Below are positions 1 through 12,800 of a stretch of 64,000 bases of DNA, piece after piece (position 1 is the stretch's first letter; each line of letters opens with the position of its first letter). The stretch comes from Heterodontus francisci. Lineage: Eukaryota. Position numbers and translations under genes: made by a program. Below the pieces are notes generated by a model. The model had not been told where the DNA came from. It saw nothing but the letters and a program-made list of their open reading frames with translations, and made no database searches. The DNA lies in the NCBI RefSeq assembly GCF_036365525.1, contig NC_090409.1:39132437-39196436 (forward strand), given 5' to 3'.

Positions 1-430
1 ACACAATCCCAATGAATCAAATCTCTTCCCATTCACTCCCATTGTACACAATCCCAATGAATCAAACCTCTTCCCATTCACTCCCATTGTACACAATCCC
101 AATGGATCAAACCCCTTCCCATTCACTCCCATTGTACACAATCCCAATGAATCAAACCTCTTCCCATTCACTCCCATTGTACACAATCCCAATGAATCAA
201 ACCTCTTCCCATTCACTCCCATTGTACACAATCCCAATGGATCAAACCCCTTCCCATTCACTCCCATTGTACACAATCCCAATGGATCAAACCCCTTCCC
301 ATTCACTCCCATTGTACACAATCCCAATGGATCAAACCCCTTCCCATTCACTCCCATTGTCCACAATCCAAATGGACCCAAACCTCTTCCCATTCACTTC
401 CATTGTCCACAATCCAAATGGACCCAAACC
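1..430. repeat. 45-bp minisatellite (continues off the left edge)
   Basis: Unit acacaatcccaatgaatcaaacctcttcccattcactcccattgt, about 9 copies. Confidence 0.95.
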
Positions 431-747
431 TCTTCCCCTTCACTCCCACTTTAGAGCATTTCAAAGAAAGGTGCGTTGTAGAGAAAGGCTCTTCCAATCT
501 TTCCACCATTTCCGAGATTCAGTTAACCCCAATGTCCACCTCTCAGGGAGGAAAAGTCAGCAGAGTGAGCTTGGTGGGGGTCAATAAGTGATCAGCCATT
601 CCGACAGGCCTTGTTGTGCAGTGTGCTGTCCTGCTGTTCCACCAGACAAAGGAATAAGCTCCTGGGGCCAGGCGGGTGGACAATGGCTTCACATCATTCA
701 TGAGGGGTTTGTGACCTGCAGAGAAAATTCAGAGCAGCTGCTGTTAC

Positions 748-817
748 CTTGGAGACATCCATCATGGTGTTGACTTGATCATGGAGTTTCCTCTGCCTCA
801 GTTTTGCCCTGCGGAAT
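748..817 (-). CDS. KCNN4: KCNN4-like exon 7
   Basis: cgtcag|[23 protein letters not shown]|gtaaca; 70 nt, phase 2/0. Confidence 0.92.
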
Positions 818-3800
818 CTGACGAGATGAGTTACACGTTAATCACGATTGCCTCATAAATCATTCAGCCGTGGCTCGGTGGGTGGCACTCTCTGCTCTGA
901 CTCAGGTTCAAGTCCCACACCAGAGACTGAAGCACAGAAATCGAGGCTGAAACTCCAGTGCAGTACTGAGGGAGTGCTGCACTGTCGGAGGGTCAGTACT
1001 GAGGGAGCGCTGCACTGTCGGAGGGTCAGTACTGAGGGAGCGCTGCACTGTCAAAGGGTCAGTACTGAGGGAGTGCTGCACTGTCGAAGGGTCCGTACTG
1101 AGGGAGCGCTGCACTGTCAAAGGGTCAGTACTGAGGGAGTGCTGCACTGTCGAAGGGTCCGTACTGAGGGAGCTCCGCACTGTCGGAGGGTCAGTACTGA
1201 GGGAGCTCTGCACTGTCGGAGTGTCAGTACTGAGGGAGTGCTGCACTATCGGAGGGTCAGTACTGAGGGAGTGCTGCACTGTCGGAGGGTCAGTACTGAG
1301 GGAGCTCTGCACTGTTGGAGTGTCAGTACTGAGGGAGTGCTGCACTGTCGGAGGGTCAGTACTGAGGGAGCTCTGCACTGTCGGAGGGTCAGTACTGAGG
1401 GAGTGCTGCACTGTCAGAGGGTCAGTACTGAGGGAGTGCTGCACTGTCAGAGGGTCAGTACTGAGGGAGCACTGCACTGTCGGAGGGTCAGTACTGAGGG
1501 AGCACTGCACTGTCGGAGGGTCAGTACTGAGGGAGTGCTGCACTGTCGGAGGGTCAGTACTGAGGGAGTGCTGCACTGTCGAAGGGTCAGTACTGAGGGA
1601 TTGCTGCAATGTCGGAGGGTCAGTACTGAGGGAGCACTGCACTGTCGGAGAGTCAGTACTGAGGGAGCGCCGCACTGTCGGAGGGTCAGTACTGAGGGAG
1701 TGCTGCACTGTCGGAGGTGCCGTCTTTCAGATGAGACATTAAGCCGAGGCCCCCGTCTGCCCTCTCAGGTGGGTGTAAAAGATCCCACAGCCACTATTTG
1801 GAAGAAGAGGAGGGGGAAGTTCTCACCGGTGTCCTGGGGACAATATTTATCCCTCAACCAGCATCACTAAAAAAACAGATGATCTGGGTCATTATCACAT
1901 TGCTGTTTGTGGGATCTTGCTGTGCGCACATTGGCTGCTGTGTTTCCTACGTTACAACAGTGAGCACACTTCCAAAAAAAGCCCTTCATTGTGTGAAGCC
2001 CTATGGGACGTCGTGAGGAAGTGAAAGGCACCAGAGAAATGGAAGTCTTTCTTTCTTCCTATGACTGCTGGACATGTATATCTGGATTCATGCATTGTGT
2101 TGTGATTGGTCTCTGATCTGTGTATCAGTTGGGCGATTGCAGGAGAACTGGAGCTGCCTCTGTCCTCAGAAAACCTGAGCTCGAGCAGAGATAAAGCCAG
2201 CCAGGGTTCCTGCCCCTGCTCGCTAAACATTCACCCCATGTGTGTACAGGATCAGGCTTCATTGTGATGCCCCACAGTCGAACAGCCCCCTGAAAATCAT
2301 TGCCCAGACTCTCAGGAGACGTGTCGTCATAATGATGGAATAAGGGACTCGATGGGAGAGTTAGGGGATTGGAAGGATGGTCTTCGATGGGAGAGTTAGG
2401 GGACCAGAGGGATGGTCTTCGATGGGAGAGTTAGGGGACTAGAGGGATGGTCTTCGATGGGAGAGTTAGGGGACTAGAGAGATGTTCTTCGATAGGAGAG
2501 TTAGGGGACTAGAGGGATGCTCTTCGATGGGAGAGTTAGGGGACTAGAGGGATGCTCTTCGATGGGAGAGTTAGGGGACGAGAGGGATGGTCTTCGATGG
2601 GAGAGTTAGGGGACTAGAGGGATGCTCTTCGATGGGAGAGTTAGGGGACTGGAGGTATGCTCTTCGATGGGAGAGTTAGGGGACTAGAGGGATGGTCTTC
2701 GATGGGAGAGTTAGGGGACTAGAGGGATAGTCTTCGATGGGAGAGTTAGGGGACTAGAGGGATGCTCTTCGATGAGAGAGTTAGGGGAGTAGAGGGATGG
2801 TCTTCGATGGGAGAGTTAGGGGACTGGAGGGATGCTTTTCGATGGGAGAGTTAGGGGACTAGAGGGATGGTCTTCGATGGGAGAGTTAGGGGACTAGAGG
2901 GATGGTCTTCGATGGGAGAGTTAGGGGACTAGAGGGATAGTCTTCGATGGGAGAGTTAGGGGACTAGAGGGATGCTCTTCGATGGGAGAGTTAGGGGAGT
3001 AGAGGGATGGTCTTCAATCGGAGAGTTAGGGGACTAGAGGGATGGTCTTCGATAGGTGAGTTAGGGGACTAGAGGGATGGTCTTCGATGGTAGAGTTAGG
3101 GGACTAGAGGGATGGTCTTCGATGGGAGAGTTAGGGGACTGGACGGATGCTCTTCGATGGTAGAGTTAGGGGACTGGAGGGATGGTCTTCAATGGGAGAG
3201 TGACGGGACTAAAGGGATGGTTTTTGATGGGAGAGTTACGGCAGTGGAGGGATGGTCTTTGATGGGAGAGTTAGGGGACTGGAAGGATGGTCTTCGATGG
3301 GAGATTGAGGGGACTAAAGGGATGGTTTTTGATGGGAGAGTTAGGGGACTGGAAGGATGGTCTTTGATGGGAGAGTTAGGGGACTGGAGGGATGGTCTTC
3401 GATGGGAGATTGAGGGGACTAAAGGGATGGTCTTCGATGGGAGATTGAGGGGACTAAAGGGATGGTCTTCGATGGGAGAGTTAGGGGACTGGAAGGATGG
3501 TCTTCGATGGGAGATTGAGGGGACTAAAGGGATGGTTTTTGATGGGAGAGTTAGGGGACTGGAGGGATGGTCTTCGATGGGAGATTGAGGGGACTAAAGG
3601 GATGGTTTTTGATGGGAGAGTTAGGGGACTAGAGGGATGGTCTTCGATGGGAGATTGAGGGGACTAAAGGGATGGTCTTCGATGGGAGAGTTAGGGGACT
3701 GGAGGGATTGGTGACGCTGCCTTTCCTTTTCTATTTCCATTCATGGGATGTGGGTGTCACTGGCAAGGCCGGTATTTATTGTCCATCCAGAGACGCCCCT

Positions 3801-6800
3801 TGTGAAGGTGGAGCTGGGTCTTCTTGAACCGTTTCAGTCCCGTGTGGTGAAGGTGCTCCCACGGTACCGTTAGGGAGGGAGATCCAGGATTTTGACCCAG
3901 TGACGATGAAGGAATGGCCGATATATCTCCAAGTTGGGACGGTGTGTGTGTGACTCAGAGGAGAACATGGAGGCGATGGTTTTCCCATGCTCCTGCTGCC
4001 CTTGTCCCTGCCTTCAATCAGTGAACGCAGCAGAGGCCATGGATGGAATCTGGGATGTCTGTGGCCTGGGCGGCTCAATGCCGCAGCGAGTAACAGGGCA
4101 GTCACCCACCCAGTGAGTGGAACACAGGGGAACATCTTCACCAGCTAACATTACAGCGGATTGTGTGGTTCACTCACCCACAAATTGCAGAAAGCACATC
4201 GCGCTGATACTTCCTGATCTTGTGCACATTTCTGTTCTTCTTTTGTTTGTACAACAGCCAAGCCACTCTAATCAAGTCAGCAGCAGTCTTCTGGACCTGG
4301 CACCAGATAAATAGCACAGTGTTGAAGAGGGAACCTCATCAATATAACCTTAAATAGCATCACCAGTGTTTGGTTATCAGCATCTCTTTCAAAAATGGAG
4401 GCTCACGCTGACACTCCCATCGAAGACCATCCCTCTAGTCCCCTAACTATCCCATCGAAGACCATCCCTCTAGTCCCCTAAATCTCCCATCGAAGACCAT
4501 CCCTCCAGTCCCCTAACTCTCCCATCGAAGACCATCCCTCTAGTCCCCTAACTCTCCCATCGAAGACCATCCCTCTAGTCCCCTAACTATCCCATCGAAG
4601 ACCATCCCTCTAGTCCCCTAAATCTCCCATCGAAGACCATCCCTCCAGTCCCCTAACTCTCCCATCGAAGACCATCCCTCTAGTCCCCTAACTCTCCCAT
4701 CGAAGACCATCCCTCTAGTCCCCTAACTCTCCGATCGAAGAGCATCCCTCCAGTCTCCTAACTCTCCCATCGAAGACCATCCCTCTAGTCCCCTAACTCT
4801 CCCATCGAAGAGCATCCCTCCAGTCCCCTAACTCTCCCATCGAAGACCATCCCTCTAGTCCCCTAACTCTCCCATCGAAGACCATCCTTCTAGTCCCCTA
4901 ACTCTCCCATCGAAGACCATCCCTCTGGTCCCCTAACTATCCTGTCGAAGACCATCCCTCTAGTCCCCTAACTATCCTGTCGAAGACCATCCCTCCAGTC
5001 CCCTAACTCTCCCATCGAAGACCATCCCTCCAGTCCCCTAACTCTCCCGTCGAAGACCATCCCTCCAGTCCCCTAACTCTCCCGTCGAAGACCATCCCTC
5101 CAGTCCCCTAACTCTCCCATCGAAGACCATCCCTCTAGTCCCCTAACTCTCCCATCGAAGACCATTCCTCTAGACCCCTAACTCTCCCATCGAAGACCAT
5201 CCCTGTAGTCCCCTAACTCTCGCATCGAAGACCATCCCTCCAGTCCCCTAACTCTCCGATCGAAGACCATCCCTCCAGTCCCCTAACTCTCCCGTCAAAA
5301 ACCATCTCTCCAGTCCCCTAACTCTCCCATCGAAGACCATCCCTCCAGTCCCCTAACTCTCCCATCGAAGACCATCCCTCCAGTCCCCTAACTCTCCCAT
5401 CGAGGACCATCCCTCCAGTCCCCTAACTCTCCCATCGAAGACCATCCCTCTAGTCCCCTAACTCTCCCATCGAAGAGCATCCCTCCAGTCCCCTAACTCT
5501 CCCATCGCAGACCATCCTCTAGTCTCCTAACTCTCCCATCGAAGACCATCCCTCCAGTCCCCTAACTCTCCCATCGAAGACCATCCCTCCAGTCCCCTAA
5601 CTCTCCCATCAAAGACCATCCCTCCAGTCCCCTAACTCTCCCATCGAAGACCATCCCTCTAGTCCCTTAACTCTCCCATCGAAGACCATCCCTCTAGTCC
5701 CCTAACACTCCCATCGAAGACCATCCCTCCTGTCCCCTAACTCTCCCATCGAAGACCATCCCTCCAGTCCCCTAACTCTCCCATCGAAGACCATCCCTGT
5801 AGTCCCCTAACTCTCGCATCGAAGACCATCCCTCCAGTCCCCTAACTCTCCCATCGAAGACCATCCCTCCAGTCCCTAACTCTCCCATCGAAGCGCATCC
5901 CTCCAGTCCCCTAACTCTCCCATCGAAGACCATCCCTCCAGTCCCCTAACTCTCCCGTCGAAGACAATCCCTCCAGTCCCCTAACTCTCCCGTCGAAGAC
6001 CATCCCTCCAGTCCCCTAACTCTCCCATCGAACACCATCCCTCTAGTCCCCTAACTCTCCCATCGAAGACCATTCCTCTAGTCCCCTAACTATCCTGTTG
6101 AAGACCATCCCTGCAGTCCCCTAACTCTCCGATCGAAGACCATCTTTCCAGTCCCCTAACTCTCCCGTCAAAGACCATCTCTCCAGTCCCCTAACTCTCC
6201 CATCGAAGACCATCCCTCCAGTCCCCTAACTCTCCCATCGAAGACCATCCCTCCAGTTCCCTAACTCTCCCATCGAAGACCATCCCTCCAGTCCCCTAAC
6301 TCTCCCATCGAAGACCATCCCTCTAGTCCCCTAACTCTCCCATTGAAGAGCATCCCTCCAGTCTCCTAACTCTCCCATCGAAGACCATCCCTCCAGTCCC
6401 CTAACTCTCCCATCGAAGACCATCCCTCCAGTCCCCTAACTCTCCCATCGAAGACCATCCCTCCAGTCCCCTAACTCTCCCATCGAAGACCATCCCTCTA
6501 GTCCCCTAACTCTCCCATCGAAGACCATCCCTCTAGTCCCCTAACTCTCCCATCGAAGAGCATCCCTCCAGTCCCCTAACTCTCCCATCGCAGACCATCC
6601 CTCTAGTCTCCTAACTCTCCCATCGAAGACCATCCCTCCAGTCCCCTAACTCTCCCATCGAAGACCATCCCTCCAGTCCCCTAACTCTCCCATCGAAGAC
6701 CATCCCTCCAGTCCCCTAACTCTCCAATCGAAGACCATCCCTCTAGTCCCCTAACTCTCCCATCGAAGACCATCCCTGTAGTCCCCTAACTCTCGCATCG

Positions 6801-9800
6801 AAGACCATGCCTCCAGTCCCCTAACTCTCCCATCGAAGACCATCCCTCCAGTCCCCTAACTCTCCCATCGAAGACCATCCCTCCAGTCCCTAACTCTCCC
6901 ATCGAAGAGCATCCCTCCAGTCCCCTAACTCTCCCATCGAAGACCATCCCTCCAGTCCCCTAACTCTCCCGTCGAAGACCATCCCTCCAGTCCCCTAACT
7001 CTCTCGTCGAAGACCATCCCTCCAGTCCCCTAACTCTCCCATCGAAGACCATTCCTCTAGTCCCCTAACTCTCCCATCGAAGACCATCCCTCTAGTCCCC
7101 TAACTATCCTGTCGAAGACCATCCCTCTAGTCCCCTAACTATCCTGTCGAAGACCATCCCTCCAGTCCCCTAACTCTCCGATCGAAGACCATCCCTCCAG
7201 TCCCCTAACTCTCCCGTCAAAGACCATCTCTCCAGTCCCCTAACTCTCCCATCGAAGACCATCCCTCCAGTCCCCTAACTCTCCCATCGAAGACCATCCC
7301 TCCAGTCCCCTAACTCTCCCATCGAAGACCATCCCTCCAGTCCCCTAACTCTCCCATCGAAGACCATCCCTCTAGTCCCCTAACTCTCCCATCGAAGAGC
7401 ATCCCTCCAGTCCCCTAACTCTCCCATCGCAGACCATCCCTCTAGTCTCCTAACTCTCCCATCGAAGACCATCCCTCCAGTCCCCTAACTCACCCATCGA
7501 AGACCATCCCTCAGGTCCCCTAACTCTCCCATCGAAGACCATCCCTCCAGTCCCCTAACTCTCCCATCGAAGACCATCCCTCCAGTCCCCTAACTCTCCC
7601 ATCGAAGACCAGCCCTCTAGTCCCCTAACTCTCCCATCGAAGACCATCCCTCCTGTCCCCTAACTCTCCCATCGAAGACCATCCCTCTAGTCCCCTAACT
7701 CTCCCATCGAAGACCATCCCTGTAGTCCCCTAACTCTCGCATCGAAGACCATCCCTCCAGTCCCCTAACTCTCCCATCGAAGACCATCCCTCCAGTCCCC
7801 TAACTCTCCCATCGAAGAGCATCCCTCCAGTCCCCTAACTCTCCCATCGAAGAACATCCCTCCAGTCCCCTAACTCTCCCATCGAAGAGCATCCCTCTAG
7901 TCCCCTAACTCTCCCATCGAAGAGCATCCCTCCAGTCCCCTAACTCTCCCATCGAAGACCATCCCTCTAGTCTCCTAACTCTCCCATCGAAGACCATCCC
8001 TCCAGTCCCCTAACTCTCCCGTCGAAGACCATCCCTCCAGTCCCCTAACTCTCCCGTCGAAGACCATCCCTCCAGTCCCCTAACTCTCCCGTCGAAGACC
8101 ATTCCTCTAGTCCCCTAACTCTCCCATCGAAGACCATCCCTCTAGTCCCCTAACTATCCTGTCGAAGACCATCCCTCTAGTCCCCTAACTATCCTGTCGA
8201 AGACCATCCCTCCAGTCCCCTAACTCTCCGATCGAAGACCATCGCTCCAGTCCCCTAACTCTCCCGTCAAAGACCATCTCTCCAGTCCCCTAACTCTACC
8301 ATCGAAGACCATCCCTCCAGTCCCCTAACTCTCCCATCGAAGACCATCCCTCCAGTCCCCTAACTCTCCCATCGAAGACAATCCCTCCAGTCCCCTAACT
8401 CTCCCATCGAAGACCATCCCTCTAGTCCCCTAACTCTCCCATCGAAGAGCATCCCTCCAGTCCCCTAACTCTCCCATCGCAGACCATCCCTCTAGTCCCC
8501 TAACTCTCCCATCGAAGACCATCCCTCCAGTCCCCTAACTCTCCCATCGAAGACCATCCCTCCAGTCCCCTAACTCTCCCATCGAAGACCATCCCTCTAG
8601 TCCCCTCACTCTCCCATCGAAGACCATCCCTCTAGTCCCCTAACTCTCCCATCGAAGACCATCCCTCCTGTCCCCTAACTCTCCCATCGAAGACCATCCC
8701 TCTAGTCCCCTAACTCTCCCATCGAAGACCATCCCTGTAGTCCCCTAACTCTCGCATCGAAGACCATCCCTCCAGTCCCCTAACTCTCCCATCGAAGACC
8801 ATCCCTCCAGTCCCCTAACTCTCCCATCGAAGACCATCCCTCCAGTCCCTAACTCTCCCATCGAAGAGCATCCCTCCAGTCCCCTAACTCTCCCATCGAA
8901 GAACATCCCTCAGTCCCTAACTCTCCCATCGAAGACCATCCCTCTAGTCTCCTAACTCTCCCATCGAAGACCATCCTTCCAGTCTCCTAACTCTCCCATC
9001 GAAGACCATCCCTCCAGTCCCCTAACTCTCCCATCGAAGACCATCCCTCTAGTCTCCTAACTCTCCCATCGAAGACCATCCTTCCAGTCCCCTAACTCTC
9101 CCATCGAAGACCATCCCTCCAGTCCCCTAACTCTCCCATCGAAGACCATCCCTCTAGTCCCCTAACTCTCCCATCGAAGACCATCCCTCTAGTCCCCTAA
9201 CTCTCCCATCGAAGACCATCCCTCCTGTCCCCTAACTCTCCCATCGAAGACCATCCCTCTGGTCCCTAACTCTCCCATCGAAGACCATCCCTCTAGTCCC
9301 CTAACTCTCGCATCGAAGACCATCCCTCCAGTCTCCTAACTCTCCCATCGAAGACCATCCATTCAGTCCCCTAACTCTCCCATTGAAGACCATCCCTCCA
9401 GTCCCCTAACTCTCCCATCGAAGACCATCCCTCTAGTCCCCTAACTCTCCCATCGAAGACCATCCCTCCAGTCCCCTAACTCTCCCATCGAAGACCATCC
9501 CTCCAGTCCCCTAACTCTCCCATCGAAGACCATCCCTCCAGTCCCCTAACTCTCGCATCGAAGACTATCCCTCCAGTCCCCTAACTCTCGCATCGAAGAC
9601 CATCCATCCAGTCCCCTAACTCTCCCATCGAAGACCATCCATCTAGTCCCCTAACTCTCCCATCGAAGACCATCCCTCTAGTCCCCTAACTCTCCCATCG
9701 AAGACCATCCATCCAGTCCCCTAACTCTCCCATCGAAGACCATCCATCCAGTCCCCTAACTCTCCCATTGAAGACCATCCCTCCAAATCCCTAACTCTCC

Positions 9801-12800
9801 CATCGAAGACCATCCCTCTAGTCCCTAACTCTCCCATTGAAGACCATCCCTCCAAATCCCTAACTCTCCCATCGAAGACCATCCCTCTGGTCCCTAACTC
9901 TCCCATTGAAGACCATCCCTATTGCCTCTCAGTGACACACTTCACATTCCTGTACGACCTTATTCAAGTTCTTCTGGATGCAATAGTTGGAGGCGGTCGC
10001 ATCGTGCTAATATCATTGGACCAGTAATCCAGAGGACCAGGCTAATGCTTTGGGGACATGGGTTCGAACCCCACCAGGGCACCTGGTGAAATTCGAATTC
10101 AGTAATCAAGCTGGAATTAAAAGGTTGTCTAATGGTGACGATGAAACCACTGCCGATTGTTCACTCATGTCTGTTCGGGAAGGAAATCCGCTGACCTTAC
10201 CCGGTCTGGCCTACATGTGACTCCAGACCCACAGTAATGGTGGTTGACTTTAACTGCCCTCTGAAATGGCCCAGCAAGCCATTCAGTTAGTGGGCAGCTC
10301 ACCACCACCTTCTCGAGGGCAATTAGGGATGGGCAGTAAATGCTGGCATGGCCAGCGACGCCCACGTCCCATCAATGAATAAAAAATAAATCCTAACTGA
10401 CTGCATCCCCGCACCTCCTACCCTGGTTCACCATCTGTCTGACTCCTCACCTCCTTCACAAGCTGGATGTCCTGCATGAAATTATGGACGTGTTTTTCAT
10501 CCTTGCTCAGCTCCATCTTCTTGGCAATCACGGCGATGAATAAAGCCGTGCAGGTAACACCCTTTGGGAAGCAAACACGGAGCTGGGTTATACTTCACTT
10601 GCACCTTCAGTGCCCCACACAAACATAAAAAGAAAGACTTGCATTTCTAGAACACCTTTCACAACCTCAGGGTACCCCAAATGCTTAATAACCAACTATT
10701 TTGATGTGCAGACATCCGAACCTCTGTTGCCCCCATGTCTTAACTCGCACCTGGTCCCAATTCCCCCGTCACCCCCTGTTACTCACTGACCTACACTGGC
10801 TCCCGGTCCAGGAACACCTCCCATCTTAAAATTCACATCCTTGTTTTCAAATCCCTCCACGGTCTCCTCGCCCCCTCCATATCTCTGTAACCGCCTCCAG
10901 TCCCTACACCTTTCCCTATCTCTGTAACCTCCGCCAGCCCCTACACCTTTCCCTATCTCTGTAACCTTCTCCAGTCCCGACACCTTTCCCTATCTCTGTA
11001 ACCTCCGCCAGCCCCTACACCTTTCCCTATCTCTGTAACCGCCTCCAGTCCCGACACCTTTCCCTATCTCTGTAACCTCCGCCAGCCCCTACACCTTTCC
11101 CTATCTCTGTAACCGCCTCCAGTCCCGACACCTTTCCCTATCTCTGTAACCTCCGCCAGCCCCTACACCTTTCCCTATCTCTGTAACCTCCTCCAGTCCC
11201 GACACCTTTCCCTATCTCTGTAACCTACTCCAGTCCCTACACCCCTCCCTATCTCTGTAACCTCCACCAGCCCCGACACCTTTCCCTATCTCTGTAACCT
11301 CCGCCAGCCCCTACACCTTTCCCTATCTCTGTAACCTCCGCCAGCCCCTACAACCCTCCCTATCTCTGTAACCTCCTCCAGTCCCTAAACCTTTCCCTAT
11401 CTGTGTAACCTCCTCCAGCCCCGACACCTTTCCCTATCTCTGTAACCTCCTCCAGCCCCTCCAACCCTCCGAGATCTCTGCACTCCTCCAATTCCGGCCT
11501 CTCGCCCATCCCCCAATTCCCATCGCTCCACCATTGGCGGCCGTGCCTTCAGCTGCCTGGGGCCCTAAGCTCTGGAATTCCCTCCCTAAACCTCTCCCCC
11601 TCTCTCTCTCCACCTTTGAGACGCTCTTTAAAAACCGACCTCTTTGACCGAGTTTTTGGTCATCGGTCCCTAATATCTCCTGATGTGGCTCGGGGTCAAA
11701 TTTGTCTGATTTACGCTCCTGTGAAGCACTCTGGGAAGTTTTACTAAAGTTAAAAGGGTGCTAAAAAAATGCAAATGGTTGTTGCTGTCATGTAAGGAAG
11801 ATAGCCAGCAATTTGTGCACAGCAAGATCCCACAAACAGCAATGTGATAATGACCCAGATTATCTGGTTTTTTTTAGTGATGTTGGTTGAGGGATAAATA
11901 TTGTCCCCAGGACACCGGGGAGAACTCCCCCCCCCTGCTCTTCTTCCAAATAGTGGCCGTGGGATCTTTTACACCCACCCGAGAGCTGTTTTCGTTTTGA
12001 CCTTGGAATTCTTTCTGAGGATTTGAAGTATTTTTAATTTCTTGGTTTGCTGTGCGTGTGCATGCTTCAATGTGATTGGCTCCTTAGCTGCTTGCTGACA
12101 TCACTGCTGCTGCATGCCCGAAGATCCCTTGATTTAAACCGCCACCGGGAGAAAGGAGATTGCGAGGTCTTTGCGGGCTGCTTTCTCTGAGGGCTTTAAC
12201 AAGCAGACGAGTGACAACCCCAACCACTAACTGCAGAAGCTAACATAGTCCGAGTGAAACAACTTGCTCTTACCGTAACCCCTATCATCAGGCAGATGAA
12301 CTTGCCGCACGTGGAATCTGGAACCATGTCTCCGTAGCCGATGGTGAAAAAGGTGATCGGGATGAGCCACATTGAAGCGATGAAGTTCAGCGTGCTGTTA
12401 AGGCAACGTTGCCTGTGGGATACGGGGAGAGGGGTGGGGGGTGGGTACGAGAGGAGGCAAGCGTCAGTGGATCCACAAACTCCGCACATCAGGGACATGA
12501 CTCATGAGACGAATAACCGCGCGATCTATCAACGTGAAGAAGGAAAGGAATGCGAGAAAGAAAGAGTCGGTGTTTGTGTGCGTTTGTGCGGACGTTGGGG
12601 GGGGGGGGGAGGTTGTAATTCATCACTGGGCTCGGACCGTGATGCATTTCATGGTCGAATAGCTCCCTGACACTATTTGGGCTCGCGCACAGAAATGTCT
12701 CGTCGGGGCAGCACCCAAACACGAGGGCATGTTGACAAAACGTAATGAGATCGCGGCTGACCTGCGATCTAACTCCCTATTCCCGCCTTTGCCCCGTATC

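Noticed and set aside
698-717. Acceptor ttctctgcag as KCNN4 exon 8
   Set aside because: The intron would be only 32 nt and the frame stops after VTNPS; the true coiled-coil exon is probably left of the window
848-1870. Long ORFs with [11 protein letters not shown] repeats (also near 21806-22714 and 32642-33484)
   Set aside because: Translations of the 33-bp SINE array, open in several frames on both strands, with no gene structure
2345-9920. CRISPR-like regular repeats
   Set aside because: No unique spacers and no cas genes; this is eukaryotic tandem repeat
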